A DNA stretch of 64,000 nt from Leptospira sp. (GTDB lineage: Bacteria; Spirochaetota; Leptospiria; Leptospirales; Leptospiraceae): positions 128,001 through 192,000 of the forward strand of contig JAWXAQ010000016.1 in the NCBI GenBank assembly GCA_034439575.1. Reading direction: 5' to 3'. The translations under genes were made by a program, and so were the position numbers. How positions within the stretch are numbered: position 1 is the stretch's first letter; each line of letters starts with the position of its first letter. Of the stretch, positions 20,706 to 30,859 are shown piece after piece. The notes below the pieces were generated by a model. The model was given only the letters and a program-made list of their open reading frames with translations, searched no databases and had not been told where the DNA came from.

Positions 20706-21841
20706 AATTCATTTGGGGAGATACTCCACTCTCCCCCTTTAAGTTTATCTATACGAATATTTATCTCATTACCTAAAAAATTCCACCTTACAATAAATAT
20801 TCTTTTTAAAATATGTATCCCTCTTCCAGAGGCGACTTTCTTTCTTTCAACATCCAATGGACTAGGCACCAAACGAGGATTAAATCCTTTGCCTCGATCA
20901 ATTACATAAAAATCTATAAACCTTTTTGATTCAAACACATGAACCGTAATAGTATCCTCGCCCCTTTTACCACCATGTTCGAGAGCATTGTCCAAGGTTT
21001 CATCTACAAGAATCTGGAACCAAAAAGAATCCATAAAAACTTGCCAACCTTTTTCATCGTACAATCTCCATAACTTTTCTTTCAATTCTCTAGATCCTTT
21101 AAGAGAAACATCACTATAGGATTCAAAAATTTTTCTTTGTCGTTCGAAAATAAAAGAAAATGGATGAGTGAGATAATCGCTCGAGAATGAATAATGAAAC
21201 ATAAACGCGAGAAAACAAAAAATAAATGCAATATCATTGAATAGAAAAAAATGTAAAAAGTATTTTTCAATTGTTGGAATCATATCGGAATGAAACGCAA
21301 GGAGAGTCGTCGCCAAAAAAGCAAGAGATACACTTAAATACGCAGACGAAATGAATTTAGTGATCGCAGGAAAGCTATATCTTAATTTAAGTGAAACAAC
21401 TAACAATAACAAGGTGTATGATAAACCATAAAACCCTGGGTAAAAATACATCAAAAGTATCCTACTCGCGAGTGGATTCATTTCTGTTGAGAGAGCCCAG
21501 TCAATTAAGAGCAATGTAGAGCCAGAACCAAAGAGAAGTGACACACATACCGATAAAATGGGATAGGTTCTAAAATATGTCGGGAATTGTAGTCCGAATA
21601 ACAAGAGTGAAAATATAAAGAAAACTAAAATTGTGGGCGCCGTATGTGGGTTTTCTAAAAAATGGTACTGAAAAACAGTAGAGTCTAAGATAAAGCCGAG
21701 ATTCCCTAGAAAAATCAGTCCTGCCATTATAGAAAAACTTACTTTCATAGGCGTACGTGGATTCTTGCTGAATGAGACTATACCTGCTATGGCAGAAAAA
21801 AAAGCGGTGATACCGGTGATACTAAGTTCAAGTAAACTCAT
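20699..21841 (-). CDS. Membrane-anchored RsbW/SpoIIAB-like ATP-binding (anti-sigma kinase) protein
   Basis: About 7 N-terminal TM helices; [25 protein letters not shown]; no H-box. Start set at MSLLEL (21841); track starts at 21988. Confidence 0.72.
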   Translation of the reverse strand: MSLLELSITGITAFFSAIAGIVSFSKNPRTPMKVSFSIMAGLIFLGNLGFILDSTVFQYHFLENPHTAPTILVFFIFSLLLFGLQFPTYFRTYPILSVCVSLLFGSGSTLLLIDWALSTEMNPLASRILLMYFYPGFYGLSYTLLLLVVSLKLRYSFPAITKFISSAYLSVSLAFLATTLLAFHSDMIPTIEKYFLHFFLFNDIAFIFCFLAFMFHYSFSSDYLTHPFSFIFERQRKIFESYSDVSLKGSRELKEKLWRLYDEKGWQVFMDSFWFQILVDETLDNALEHGGKRGEDTITVHVFESKRFIDFYVIDRGKGFNPRLVPSPLDVERKKVASGRGIHILKRIFIVRWNFLGNEINIRIDKLKGGEWSISPNEFQ

Positions 21842-23336
21842 GAAGGTCCAAGTCAGTAGCTTGTTTTCTTCGATTCTATTTTCCAGCATAATTTTTTTAA
21901 GCTTACCTCTTTTTCCTGAAGATGTACAAAACCAAGGGCAAAAATTAAATTCGATCGATCGGATTAAAAAAGGCGTTGTACAAATCAAGGTCTATTCACA
22001 AGCCCAAGACCCCTATTCACCCTGGCTTTCTGGAAATGTGACTGCCTCAACAGGTACTGGATTTCTTATTGGTGAAAATCGAATATTAACAAATGCTCAT
22101 GTAATATCAAATGCGAAATTTATCGAAGGACAAAGAAATAACCAAACCGAGTGGTATGAATTAAAAACACTTTTTGTTGCCCATGATTGTGATCTAGCCG
22201 TCTTAGAAGCAAAATCAATACAATTTTATGATGAAAGCGAATCATTTTCTCTCGGACCAATTCCAGAATTAGGTAGTCCCGTTGATATTGTTGGATACCC
22301 TATTGGTGGGAGTAAAATATCCGTTAGCCGAGGCATTGTTTCGAGAATTGAACAATCTACATATGCTCACTCACAGATTGATAGTCATTTGGTAATTCAA
22401 GTTGATGCCGCTATCAATCCCGGAAATTCTGGTGGGCCTGCGATTCAAAACGGAGAAGTTGTTGGAGTTGCCTTCCAAGCATCCACTAAAGGTGAAAGTA
22501 TCGGCTATATAATTCCTACAAATGTTATAGATCACTTTTTAAAAGATATTAAAGATGGGACCTATGATGGTTATGTGGAGCTTGGCATCCATTATCAACC
22601 CGCTTATTCCAACTCACAAAGAACTTATTCGAAAATACCAGAAAATATTGGCGGAGTTTTTGTCTCAAAAGTACTTAGCGGTGGTTCTGCCGACGGACAT
22701 TTGTTATCCGGAGATCTTATCTATTCTATAGATGGTTTCCCAATTGCTAAAAATGGAACTGTAAGTTTTAATGGTGATTCTAGAATCGACTTTGCAGAAA
22801 TTGTAGATAATAAATTTGCAGGGGAAGACATTCAATTTGAAATAATTAGAAATGGGAAATCAATTTCCTTAAAATTTCCTGCTAAAAAAATGCCTTCCTT
22901 AGATTATTTGAGGGCAAGATACGACTCTACTTATCCTTTTTATATTTTTGCAGGACTTGTGTTTCAGCCTTTAAACCGAGATTTGTTAGAAACTTGGGCA
23001 AAAACAAATCAAACGCAAGGCGGAAGTCAATTTCTCTATAGATTCAATCGATTAACAGAACTTACAGATATTAATACTGAAGAATTAATCTTTTATAGAA
23101 AATTTTCTCATCCTATCAACTCTTCAGCTGACTATTATTTAAATATGATATTGCAATCCGTAAATGGAAAATCTGTTAAAAATTTGAAAGATTTCATTTC
23201 GGAACTTCAAAATAATAAAGCAAAATTTGTGGTATTAAAATTCAAAGACATCCCTATTCCATTGATCTTAAATCGAGAAGAAGCTCTAAGTTCAGACTTG
23301 GAAATCAAAAAATCCTATAATCTCAGCGGAAACTAA
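21840..23336 (+). CDS. Trypsin-like serine protease with PDZ domains (DegP/Deg2-type)
   Basis: Signal peptide, GTGF, triad TNAHV / DCDLA / INPGNSGGP, two PDZ-like regions. Start set at MKVQV (21840); track starts at 21765. Confidence 0.9.
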   Translation: MKVQVSSLFSSILFSSIIFLSLPLFPEDVQNQGQKLNSIDRIKKGVVQIKVYSQAQDPYSPWLSGNVTASTGTGFLIGENRILTNAHVISNAKFIEGQRNNQTEWYELKTLFVAHDCDLAVLEAKSIQFYDESESFSLGPIPELGSPVDIVGYPIGGSKISVSRGIVSRIEQSTYAHSQIDSHLVIQVDAAINPGNSGGPAIQNGEVVGVAFQASTKGESIGYIIPTNVIDHFLKDIKDGTYDGYVELGIHYQPAYSNSQRTYSKIPENIGGVFVSKVLSGGSADGHLLSGDLIYSIDGFPIAKNGTVSFNGDSRIDFAEIVDNKFAGEDIQFEIIRNGKSISLKFPAKKMPSLDYLRARYDSTYPFYIFAGLVFQPLNRDLLETWAKTNQTQGGSQFLYRFNRLTELTDINTEELIFYRKFSHPINSSADYYLNMILQSVNGKSVKNLKDFISELQNNKAKFVVLKFKDIPIPLILNREEALSSDLEIKKSYNLSGN

Positions 23337-23338
23337 TC

Positions 23339-24829
23339 ATGACCTATCATAAATTATTTTTAATTTTATTAAGCTTTGTTATTTTTATTTCAGACCAACT
23401 AACGGCTAAATCCATACCATTGACAAATGATGACAATTCCATTGTCCAAATCAAATCAACCGTTCAATATCCAAATTTCCTTCAACCTTGGAGATTCAAA
23501 AATCCAGAAACTAGACGTTCCTATGGTGTTTATGTAGGTGATGGCCTCGTTTTAACTTTGACACAATCTCTTAATTTTGCGACTAACATTGAAATTAACA
23601 AATCTCATTCATTAAAAAATTATTCGGCTAGTATCATAAAAATGGATCATGATTTAGGATTAGCCCTCTTAAAAGTAGAAGACTCCGATTTTTCAAAAGG
23701 TCTAAATACTGTTAGTTTCCCTACCGATAACTTTTTACCAGCACAAGGTTTAGTCTTAGACTACAAAGAGTATAGAAACTTAGGCGAAAAAAAAGTGAGG
23801 AGTGTTAAGTTAGATCTTGATACCTATTCAAATGGTTATATTGAGCTTCCCTATATAGAAATTCAGTCCGAAGAAAAATTAGAAGGCATTGGTGAACTCA
23901 TTATCGAAGAATCTTCAAGGATTCCTCAAGGATTACTAACTTCTTTTAAAGATTCACAAAACAATGGGAAGATGATTCCAGGCTTTATGATAAAACAATT
24001 CTTAGAATGTAAAATGAAAGAATCATGTACAATCTTTAAAGGTTTTCGTTTTCGTCCCTTAGTTGAAAAATCCACAAGAGAGTATTATGGAGTCAAAAAA
24101 GAAGACCAAGGTATTATCATTGCTGAAATTTATCCAAGCGCCATAAATGAAAAAAATAAATTAGAAGTCGAAGATATCATTCTTGAAGTTGCAGGGTATA
24201 AGATTGACCCAAAGGGTTATTTTGATCATCCAAAATATGGGAAAATACTCATTTCCTTTCTATTTCATGCCAATGAAAACATAGGAAAAACAAAAGACAT
24301 CAAACTTCCTATTAAAATATTAAGAAATCGTAAATTAATGGAATTTGATTTTGAACTGAGAACATTAAATCAAAATGCCATAAGAATTCCCTTCGGAAGT
24401 ACAAGAAATACAAAGCCCCATTATTTAATATTAGGTGGCTTAGTATTTTTAGAATTATCGGAACATTATCTCACAGAATTTGGAAATCAATGGAGAGCGC
24501 GAGTCAACAAACACTTGCTATATCTCAATGACTATCACCATATAGCAAAAACGGATGACGAAGGAAAAATTTTAATCCTTTCACAGGTATTACCATTAAC
24601 AGGCAATCAATCCTATCATTCTATGCATCAAGTAACTTTAGAAAAAGTAAATGGCAAATCGATAAAAAGTCTTATCGATCTTAAAGAAATTTTATCTAAA
24701 AATACAAATGATTTTATCATTCTGGATTTTTTTGATGGAAGCCAAGTCACCTTTAGATCGGATGAAATTCAAAAATTGAACGAGGAAGCTTTGAAAACTT
24801 TCAAAATTCCTTCAGCTAACAATTTTTAA
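23339..24829 (+). CDS. Catalytically degenerate Deg-type protease paralogue with PDZ domains
   Basis: Collinear with the upstream protease (QPW, GGLVF, EKVNGKSIKSL) but triad positions read TLTQS, DLGLA, EGIGE. Confidence 0.75.
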   Translation: MTYHKLFLILLSFVIFISDQLTAKSIPLTNDDNSIVQIKSTVQYPNFLQPWRFKNPETRRSYGVYVGDGLVLTLTQSLNFATNIEINKSHSLKNYSASIIKMDHDLGLALLKVEDSDFSKGLNTVSFPTDNFLPAQGLVLDYKEYRNLGEKKVRSVKLDLDTYSNGYIELPYIEIQSEEKLEGIGELIIEESSRIPQGLLTSFKDSQNNGKMIPGFMIKQFLECKMKESCTIFKGFRFRPLVEKSTREYYGVKKEDQGIIIAEIYPSAINEKNKLEVEDIILEVAGYKIDPKGYFDHPKYGKILISFLFHANENIGKTKDIKLPIKILRNRKLMEFDFELRTLNQNAIRIPFGSTRNTKPHYLILGGLVFLELSEHYLTEFGNQWRARVNKHLLYLNDYHHIAKTDDEGKILILSQVLPLTGNQSYHSMHQVTLEKVNGKSIKSLIDLKEILSKNTNDFIILDFFDGSQVTFRSDEIQKLNEEALKTFKIPSANNF

Positions 24830-24830
24830 T

Positions 24831-26051
24831 TTATAAACCAATTTGGAAATGCAAAGTTTTAGATATAAACAATACTTTAACTAAAAACAAAAAAAGTATT
24901 AGGATTGTTAAGAATATATATTCAAATTTTGCGATTCTTTCATCTTCATTTGCCAAAAGAATCAGCATAGGTATGGAAAGTGTAAACATGCGAGACACGT
25001 TTTCATAGACAGACCAGAAGTGATAAAAACCTGCAGTGCCGATCATAAACATGATAAAGAGCAATGCGATTCTAAAATGCCATCCTCTCTTTAGATTGCC
25101 TGTGAAGCATAGAAATGTTCCCATAAAAAATAAAAATACCAAAGGTAGTCTCGAAAAAAGTCTAGCCAAAGCTTTTATATCAAATTGATTATTTAAAGTG
25201 AAAAAGATTGATTCAGCATAAGAAATCATGCCTTCAAACGGCAATATAAAATCAGTTAGGCGGGATGCTCGCCAATTTGGAAATCTATATGATAAATACA
25301 AATGCCATGTGATAGGGATTATAAGTGTGGCAGTGATAACTGCGATTTTCTTAAAATCTTTTTCATATAAAGCAAACAATCCTAATGGGAAAAGAAAAAA
25401 CAATGCTGGCTCTTTAGTAAGGATAGCCAAACTAGATAACAAAACAAATGGAATGTACTTCCCATTTCGAAATAAATAGTAAGCGATGATAACAAGTGAA
25501 ACCATAACTGAATCGCTTACCAATACATAATAACTTCCCAATGCAAATGGACTAAATAAATATAGAACTGATAGGTGTTTATTTTTATCATCTAACAAAG
25601 ATCTGAGTGCAAAAAAAGAGAGCACCCACAAAGTTATATTCCAAAAATACATCCCAAAAATTGATCCCCATTTTCCGAATATCCCAAATAGGGAAATTAA
25701 GAATGGATACCCTATCCTCGGAGCGCGGTATGACTCATCAAAACCCTTTGGCCAATCAAAACTAAAATTAGTTAGGGAACGAGAAAAATAATAGAAAATT
25801 TGTCCATCATATCCAGCACCTAAGTCAGCTTCTTCTCCAAGAAAGATAATGGCTCCCTTTGGAGTTTCATCTACATTTTGTAAGGCGAATTGACGTCCAA
25901 AGTTTACCATGGAACTTGGACTCCATTCATATTTTCGCCAATAACCAAGTGAGACAAAAATAATAAGCAAGAAGTAGGCAGAGAAAAGTAGGATGGGCCT
26001 AGCATTTAAAAATCTAAAAAACGATTCCAAACCATTATTTATCTTTTTCAT
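24831..26051 (-). CDS. GT-C-like polytopic membrane protein (AZOBR_p60025-like cell-surface glycopolymer protein)
   Basis: GYDGQIFYY, YRAPRIGYP, SDS, LTKE motifs; about 10 TM helices. Confidence 0.65.
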   Translation of the reverse strand: MKKINNGLESFFRFLNARPILLFSAYFLLIIFVSLGYWRKYEWSPSSMVNFGRQFALQNVDETPKGAIIFLGEEADLGAGYDGQIFYYFSRSLTNFSFDWPKGFDESYRAPRIGYPFLISLFGIFGKWGSIFGMYFWNITLWVLSFFALRSLLDDKNKHLSVLYLFSPFALGSYYVLVSDSVMVSLVIIAYYLFRNGKYIPFVLLSSLAILTKEPALFFLFPLGLFALYEKDFKKIAVITATLIIPITWHLYLSYRFPNWRASRLTDFILPFEGMISYAESIFFTLNNQFDIKALARLFSRLPLVFLFFMGTFLCFTGNLKRGWHFRIALLFIMFMIGTAGFYHFWSVYENVSRMFTLSIPMLILLANEDERIAKFEYIFLTILILFLFLVKVLFISKTLHFQIGL

Positions 26052-27597
26052 TTTTTTTCTCCGAAATTAATCTTAAAATTTCTTTTTCCAATAGGGAATT
26101 AAAAAGCAGAGCGCCATCATAAGTCAAATGATGTGGATCAAAAAACATTTGTTTTGTTGAAATTGAATTTGTATGATCAACTAACATTTGTCCGTTTTTT
26201 GTAAGATTCTCGGATAAATATTTGCGCAAATCTTCAAACCATCTTCCATCAACATACGTTTTAGATTCTATGGGATTTTCTGGCGATAACACGACTATAA
26301 ATGGAATATTTTTTTCTTTAAAGTATTCACTTAAACTATTGATTCTGTTAAATTCAAACCATGGTTCAAAAACCAAGTCTTTGACTTCACGCTTTTTGAT
26401 ATGCAAAGTATTTAATCTTCGAAGTTCAGGCCTTTTGTCGGCATCATCAAGTATTCGCTGTTTATAATCTTCATCATAAACTGAATCGCTCATTTCAGAA
26501 AATCTTTTTTCATCATAAAAAGATTCCCGAACATATGAAACATCATTAAAATCTGGAGTCTTACAGAAATAATGCGATAGACGGACACCAACGGGAAAAT
26601 CAAAACCCTTATGATATATGTTAGCTTCCTTAGCTGTGCCCATGCCCTGTTTTATTTTCAATTTGATCATCATATTTTTTGATGAATAATTTTCGAATTT
26701 TTCCCAAGGGAATCTGATCCAGCCAGTTTTATCAAAATTGAGATTTACACTTGCTAATGGGACAGAGCCTTGTTTATTTAATAATTCACTATTTTCTTTA
26801 AAAATGGAAACATCGATGATGGTATTTTTTTTCAAAATGAAAATGGAGTCTTCAGAACCGCTGTTCATTTCGCAATGCAAAGTAGCTTCCGATTTTGTCC
26901 AACCCTTTGACCAGATCCCCTCAATAGGCATACTTCCCGCATAACGTTGGAAGCTGCGACCACTGCGGAAATGATTTTCAAACCAAGTTTCGATAGGGTC
27001 AAAAAAGAATGATCTATATCGATTCACATAGAGAAGATATTTTGAAATCAGTCGAACTGATTGTTTTTTATCTAAACTACTTGAAAAATCATCATAAAAT
27101 TCTTTCGGATAAAAAGTTTTGGCTGGATAACGATCGGAAAATTCATCGATCCATTTTCTATCATTGAATATTAATTTCCCATCTTTCTCATCCAAATATT
27201 CCCATTGCAAGTCGGCAAAGTTTAACAAATATACGACGAGAGATGGATTTGATTTTTGTATATCTGATTTATAATAATAAAAATCAGAGGGAGCCATGGC
27301 TACATGAGAATAAAAGTGCCCTTTTATGTTTGTATCTGCAAACATTTTGTGAGGCAACACCGAATATAGAGCTACCGAACTTCCAACAAACAATACTTTT
27401 TTAGAATTTGATTCTTCTTTTAACGTACGGCGAAGGCTCGCAAAATTATACCAAGGCGAAGAATCCCATTCCATTTCATTTGGAAAATAAAAATAAAATT
27501 TTTCAAAAATTAAATAATCTAAACCAAGGGTGGAACAAAACAGGATGATAAATAAATAAACGACCTTCGCTTTTAAAGATAAAAAGAAAGTTCTCAC
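26035..27597 (-). CDS. Membrane-anchored SGNH-like protein (putative acyltransferase/esterase)
   Basis: N-terminal TM, VLFVGSSVA block I, C-terminal FFDPHHL. Confidence 0.6.
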   Translation of the reverse strand: MRTFFLSLKAKVVYLFIILFCSTLGLDYLIFEKFYFYFPNEMEWDSSPWYNFASLRRTLKEESNSKKVLFVGSSVALYSVLPHKMFADTNIKGHFYSHVAMAPSDFYYYKSDIQKSNPSLVVYLLNFADLQWEYLDEKDGKLIFNDRKWIDEFSDRYPAKTFYPKEFYDDFSSSLDKKQSVRLISKYLLYVNRYRSFFFDPIETWFENHFRSGRSFQRYAGSMPIEGIWSKGWTKSEATLHCEMNSGSEDSIFILKKNTIIDVSIFKENSELLNKQGSVPLASVNLNFDKTGWIRFPWEKFENYSSKNMMIKLKIKQGMGTAKEANIYHKGFDFPVGVRLSHYFCKTPDFNDVSYVRESFYDEKRFSEMSDSVYDEDYKQRILDDADKRPELRRLNTLHIKKREVKDLVFEPWFEFNRINSLSEYFKEKNIPFIVVLSPENPIESKTYVDGRWFEDLRKYLSENLTKNGQMLVDHTNSISTKQMFFDPHHLTYDGALLFNSLLEKEILRLISEKKNEKDK

Positions 27598-28310
27598 GGG
27601 TATTTTGGTATCAAATGAAACTTTCTAAATAATAGTTTTTTGGCAAATTGAATGGCGAGTTTTAAAACTCTAGAATTAAAAGAACTATTTGAATAAATAT
27701 ACTTTATAGGTAGCTCCTTAATAGAACCACCGTTTAGCGAGATTATACTCAATGCTTCCATATGAAAATCGAAAGCTATTGATTCTAAAGGGTAATTTGC
27801 AATTTTTGTAAATGCATCTTTCGAATAACGTCTATAACCCGAAGTACAATCTTTGATGCCGGGTCCCAAAATATTAAATATGCCTTTCGACAAACAATAG
27901 TTCATGACTCTTGCAGCAATAAAAGAAATTACCTTTCTAAAAAATGGGACATTTACGGTTTCTTTGCGACTCCCAATCACTAGGTCACAAGGTTCAAAAT
28001 TTATAAAATCATTCAGGCGTTCGCTATCATGTGAAAGACCTGCATCCATTGTGATCACCCAATCATAACCTTTCTCAATGGCTAATTTCATCCCATCTTG
28101 GACACCTTTTGGGATATGGGTGTTTTTATCATGACGTATCACAAAAAGTCGATTAGGGAATTCTATTTGTAATGACTTTAGTATAGCAGGCGTTTTGTCC
28201 TTTGAAGCATCATCTGTAACTGATACGTCTGCATATTTGATTGCCCCTCTTACAACTTCTTCAATTGTTGATTCTTCATTATAAGCGGGTATGACGACAA
28301 GGGTTTTCAT
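27594..28310 (-). CDS. GT2 glycosyltransferase, polyprenol-phosphate sugar synthase (Dpm1-like)
   Basis: VVIPAYNEE, DDASKDKT, TMDAGLSH, DLVIGSR, DCTSGYR. Confidence 0.88.
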   Translation of the reverse strand: MKTLVVIPAYNEESTIEEVVRGAIKYADVSVTDDASKDKTPAILKSLQIEFPNRLFVIRHDKNTHIPKGVQDGMKLAIEKGYDWVITMDAGLSHDSERLNDFINFEPCDLVIGSRKETVNVPFFRKVISFIAARVMNYCLSKGIFNILGPGIKDCTSGYRRYSKDAFTKIANYPLESIAFDFHMEALSIISLNGGSIKELPIKYIYSNSSFNSRVLKLAIQFAKKLLFRKFHLIPKYP

Positions 28311-28319
28311 TTTGAAATA

Positions 28320-29360
28320 CTATTTTCCAGCAATGTTAAAAACTTCTTTATTCGCCTCGATCCATTTCAGTAATCGTGTGACACCTTCTTTTGGTTTGAT
28401 GTTAGGTGTGAAGCCGAATTTTTTAGCTTCTTTGATATCACAGATAAAATATCTCATATCGCCAGGCCTTTCCACTTCAAAAAGAATCTCTTGTTTTTTA
28501 CCCATAATTTCACCGATCAGTTCAATACATTCCAAAAGTGAAATTTTGTGAGCACTTGAACCACCAATATTATAAACACCAGGTATTGGGTTTTTGAAAT
28601 AAGCAAGGTAAGATTGTGCACCGTCTGCCGCGTGGATGATATCACGAGTTTGTTTTCCAGTTCCAAAAATACGAAGTGGCAATCCGAAAAAAGAACGGAT
28701 CGCAAAATTAGCTACCCAACCATGATCTTCGCCACCAAACTGACGTTCCCCGTAAATCCCAGTAAATCGAAAACTTGCACCTTTAATTCCATACATATCG
28801 GTATAAGACCGTACATAATGTTCGGCACTCATTTTTGATGCATGGAGTGGAGAAAGTTGACCTACCATAGTAGGGTGAGTTTCTGGAATTTCTACAGGAT
28901 TTCTTTCATAGGCGGTTTTGCCTTCGGTTAAGGAATCATTGATTGAGTTTCCATAAACGTGAATCGAAGAAGTATTTACAACAGGTAGTTTTCTTTTTCT
29001 TGCGGCTTCCAATACATTAAAAGTACCTATTACGTTAGTCGAAAAATCCAATTCAGGATCTTCCCAAGAAATTGTCATAGCAGGTTGTGCCGCAGTATGG
29101 ATGATATAATCGCAACCTTCAGTCCTATCCATTAAATGTTCTAAGTTACGGATATCTCCCTTAACCATTGTTACACCTAAATTTTTTAGATAATTCCAAT
29201 TATAATCTCTTGTAGCATCAGTACCATAACCGGTTCTTTTTAATTCATATTTTGTCATGCTATCAAAGCTAACAACATCCCAACCTTCTTTACGAAAAAG
29301 CTCACAAACATGAGATCCTAAAAATCCGCATCCGCCAGTTACTAAAACTTTATTAGTCAT
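28320..29360 (-). CDS. NAD-dependent nucleotide-sugar epimerase (CDP-paratose 2-epimerase/RfbE-like)
   Basis: TGGCGFLG, HTAAQPAMT.S, SSIHVYG, RQFGGEDHGWVANF, GTGKQTRD, RPGD. Confidence 0.8.
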   Translation of the reverse strand: MTNKVLVTGGCGFLGSHVCELFRKEGWDVVSFDSMTKYELKRTGYGTDATRDYNWNYLKNLGVTMVKGDIRNLEHLMDRTEGCDYIIHTAAQPAMTISWEDPELDFSTNVIGTFNVLEAARKRKLPVVNTSSIHVYGNSINDSLTEGKTAYERNPVEIPETHPTMVGQLSPLHASKMSAEHYVRSYTDMYGIKGASFRFTGIYGERQFGGEDHGWVANFAIRSFFGLPLRIFGTGKQTRDIIHAADGAQSYLAYFKNPIPGVYNIGGSSAHKISLLECIELIGEIMGKKQEILFEVERPGDMRYFICDIKEAKKFGFTPNIKPKEGVTRLLKWIEANKEVFNIAGK

Positions 29361-30847
29361 TCTTCTGTTTCTCCTACAAAAAACTTCTTCATTAATATTA
29401 ATTTAAAAACACCCCAAGCATCTCTAAGCATAGCACCAAACGTATGCTTTTTGGAATTTACAGGTTTAAAAAAGGATACTGGGATTTCAATGCATCGCAT
29501 ATGACTGCGAACCATTTCAATCATAAGTTCTACCACATATTTATGGTCATGTGTGATTAACTGAGATTTTACTTGGTAATATGATTCTTTCCAAATGGAA
29601 AAAAAATGGCAGTCTGCATCTGTAAAACGGGGTTCTTGGCCCCACCAAAAAACTTCTACTAACTTACCCATAAGTAAATTTACCAAACGATAAAAAGAAC
29701 CTAAATTTGATCCTTGTTCGATCATTTGTCTTGTGGTTCTTGTACCGATCACCATATCAGAATCTTTCATGTATTCTAACAACTTCGGAAAATCTTTAGA
29801 ACGAAATGACCCATCTGGTGATACGACTACAATAATGTCACCTGTAGCTTGTTCGATGCCTTTCCTTACTTGTTCACCAAGCCTAGTCGGATCTCCGTCG
29901 CCTGGGAAGGTATATACCTTAACCTTTTCTTTTTTACAAAGTTCCACTGTTTGATCTGTGGATTCATTATCAATCACCAAAACTTCGTGAAATTTACTTT
30001 TGAAATCCACGATCACATCTGTAATTGATCTTTCATTATTGTTTGTCGGGATTACTAGTGAACATTTAAATTTTGAAAATAAATCGTTTCTGACTTCATA
30101 AACCGCATGATAATAATCTTGCATCGAATTGATGTTAAAGTATTCACAGCTAAGGGTGGTGGCAAATACTCCGCCACTTGACTCTTTCGCCATTTTGTCG
30201 ATCACTTGCGTAATTTCTATGACGCCTGACTTTTGTGATGCGGGAGTTTTTTTGAAAAATTCGAAATATTGTGGTGTAAAAAGATAAGACCCAAGTCCTA
30301 AAATTTGATTTGGTGGATCTTCTGGTTTTTCTACGAGATTTACAATTTTATCACCCGTAAGTTCAACAGAATAATTTTTACGAATGCGAGAAAGTAAGGA
30401 AGTTTTAACAACACCAATGGATGCAGCAAGCTTTGGGTATTGTTTGATGGTTTTTAAAAATTGTTCGTGGTCTGTTTTAAAATAATATTCATCACCTAAT
30501 ATGGTTAAGAAGGGTTCGTGTATGTGTGGTTCAAGGCTTGCAATATCGGAAGCTAAACCTTTTTCAGTCCAAGGTGCCGCTTCGATTACGATCTTTGGTA
30601 ATGCGAGACGTATCGTCTGAATTTCTTCTAAAATTTGTTCCTTAAGATGACCGACAAGGATATAAACCTTTTCCACGCCGAAGGTTTTATAAAGAAGTTC
30701 TACATTACGATGAAGGATACTTTTTCCTTCAATCACGAACAAAGGTTTGGGGATGAAACTTGTCCGAGGGTAGGCTCTCGTTCCTTTTCCAGCGGCGGCA
30801 ATCACCCCAATTCTGATCTTTTTCACGTAAATCGAGGGTCTTGGCAC
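29357..30847 (-). CDS. Sugar-phosphate nucleotidyltransferase fused to a GT2 glycosyltransferase domain
   Basis: AAGKGTR..P.T..IPKPL, LGD, LVEKP; C-terminal half VIPT.NNE, IDNESTDQT, DMVIGTR. Confidence 0.85.
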   Translation of the reverse strand: MPRPSIYVKKIRIGVIAAAGKGTRAYPRTSFIPKPLFVIEGKSILHRNVELLYKTFGVEKVYILVGHLKEQILEEIQTIRLALPKIVIEAAPWTEKGLASDIASLEPHIHEPFLTILGDEYYFKTDHEQFLKTIKQYPKLAASIGVVKTSLLSRIRKNYSVELTGDKIVNLVEKPEDPPNQILGLGSYLFTPQYFEFFKKTPASQKSGVIEITQVIDKMAKESSGGVFATTLSCEYFNINSMQDYYHAVYEVRNDLFSKFKCSLVIPTNNNERSITDVIVDFKSKFHEVLVIDNESTDQTVELCKKEKVKVYTFPGDGDPTRLGEQVRKGIEQATGDIIVVVSPDGSFRSKDFPKLLEYMKDSDMVIGTRTTRQMIEQGSNLGSFYRLVNLLMGKLVEVFWWGQEPRFTDADCHFFSIWKESYYQVKSQLITHDHKYVVELMIEMVRSHMRCIEIPVSFFKPVNSKKHTFGAMLRDAWGVFKLILMKKFFVGETEE

Positions 30848-30859
30848 TTAAGTCATTGG

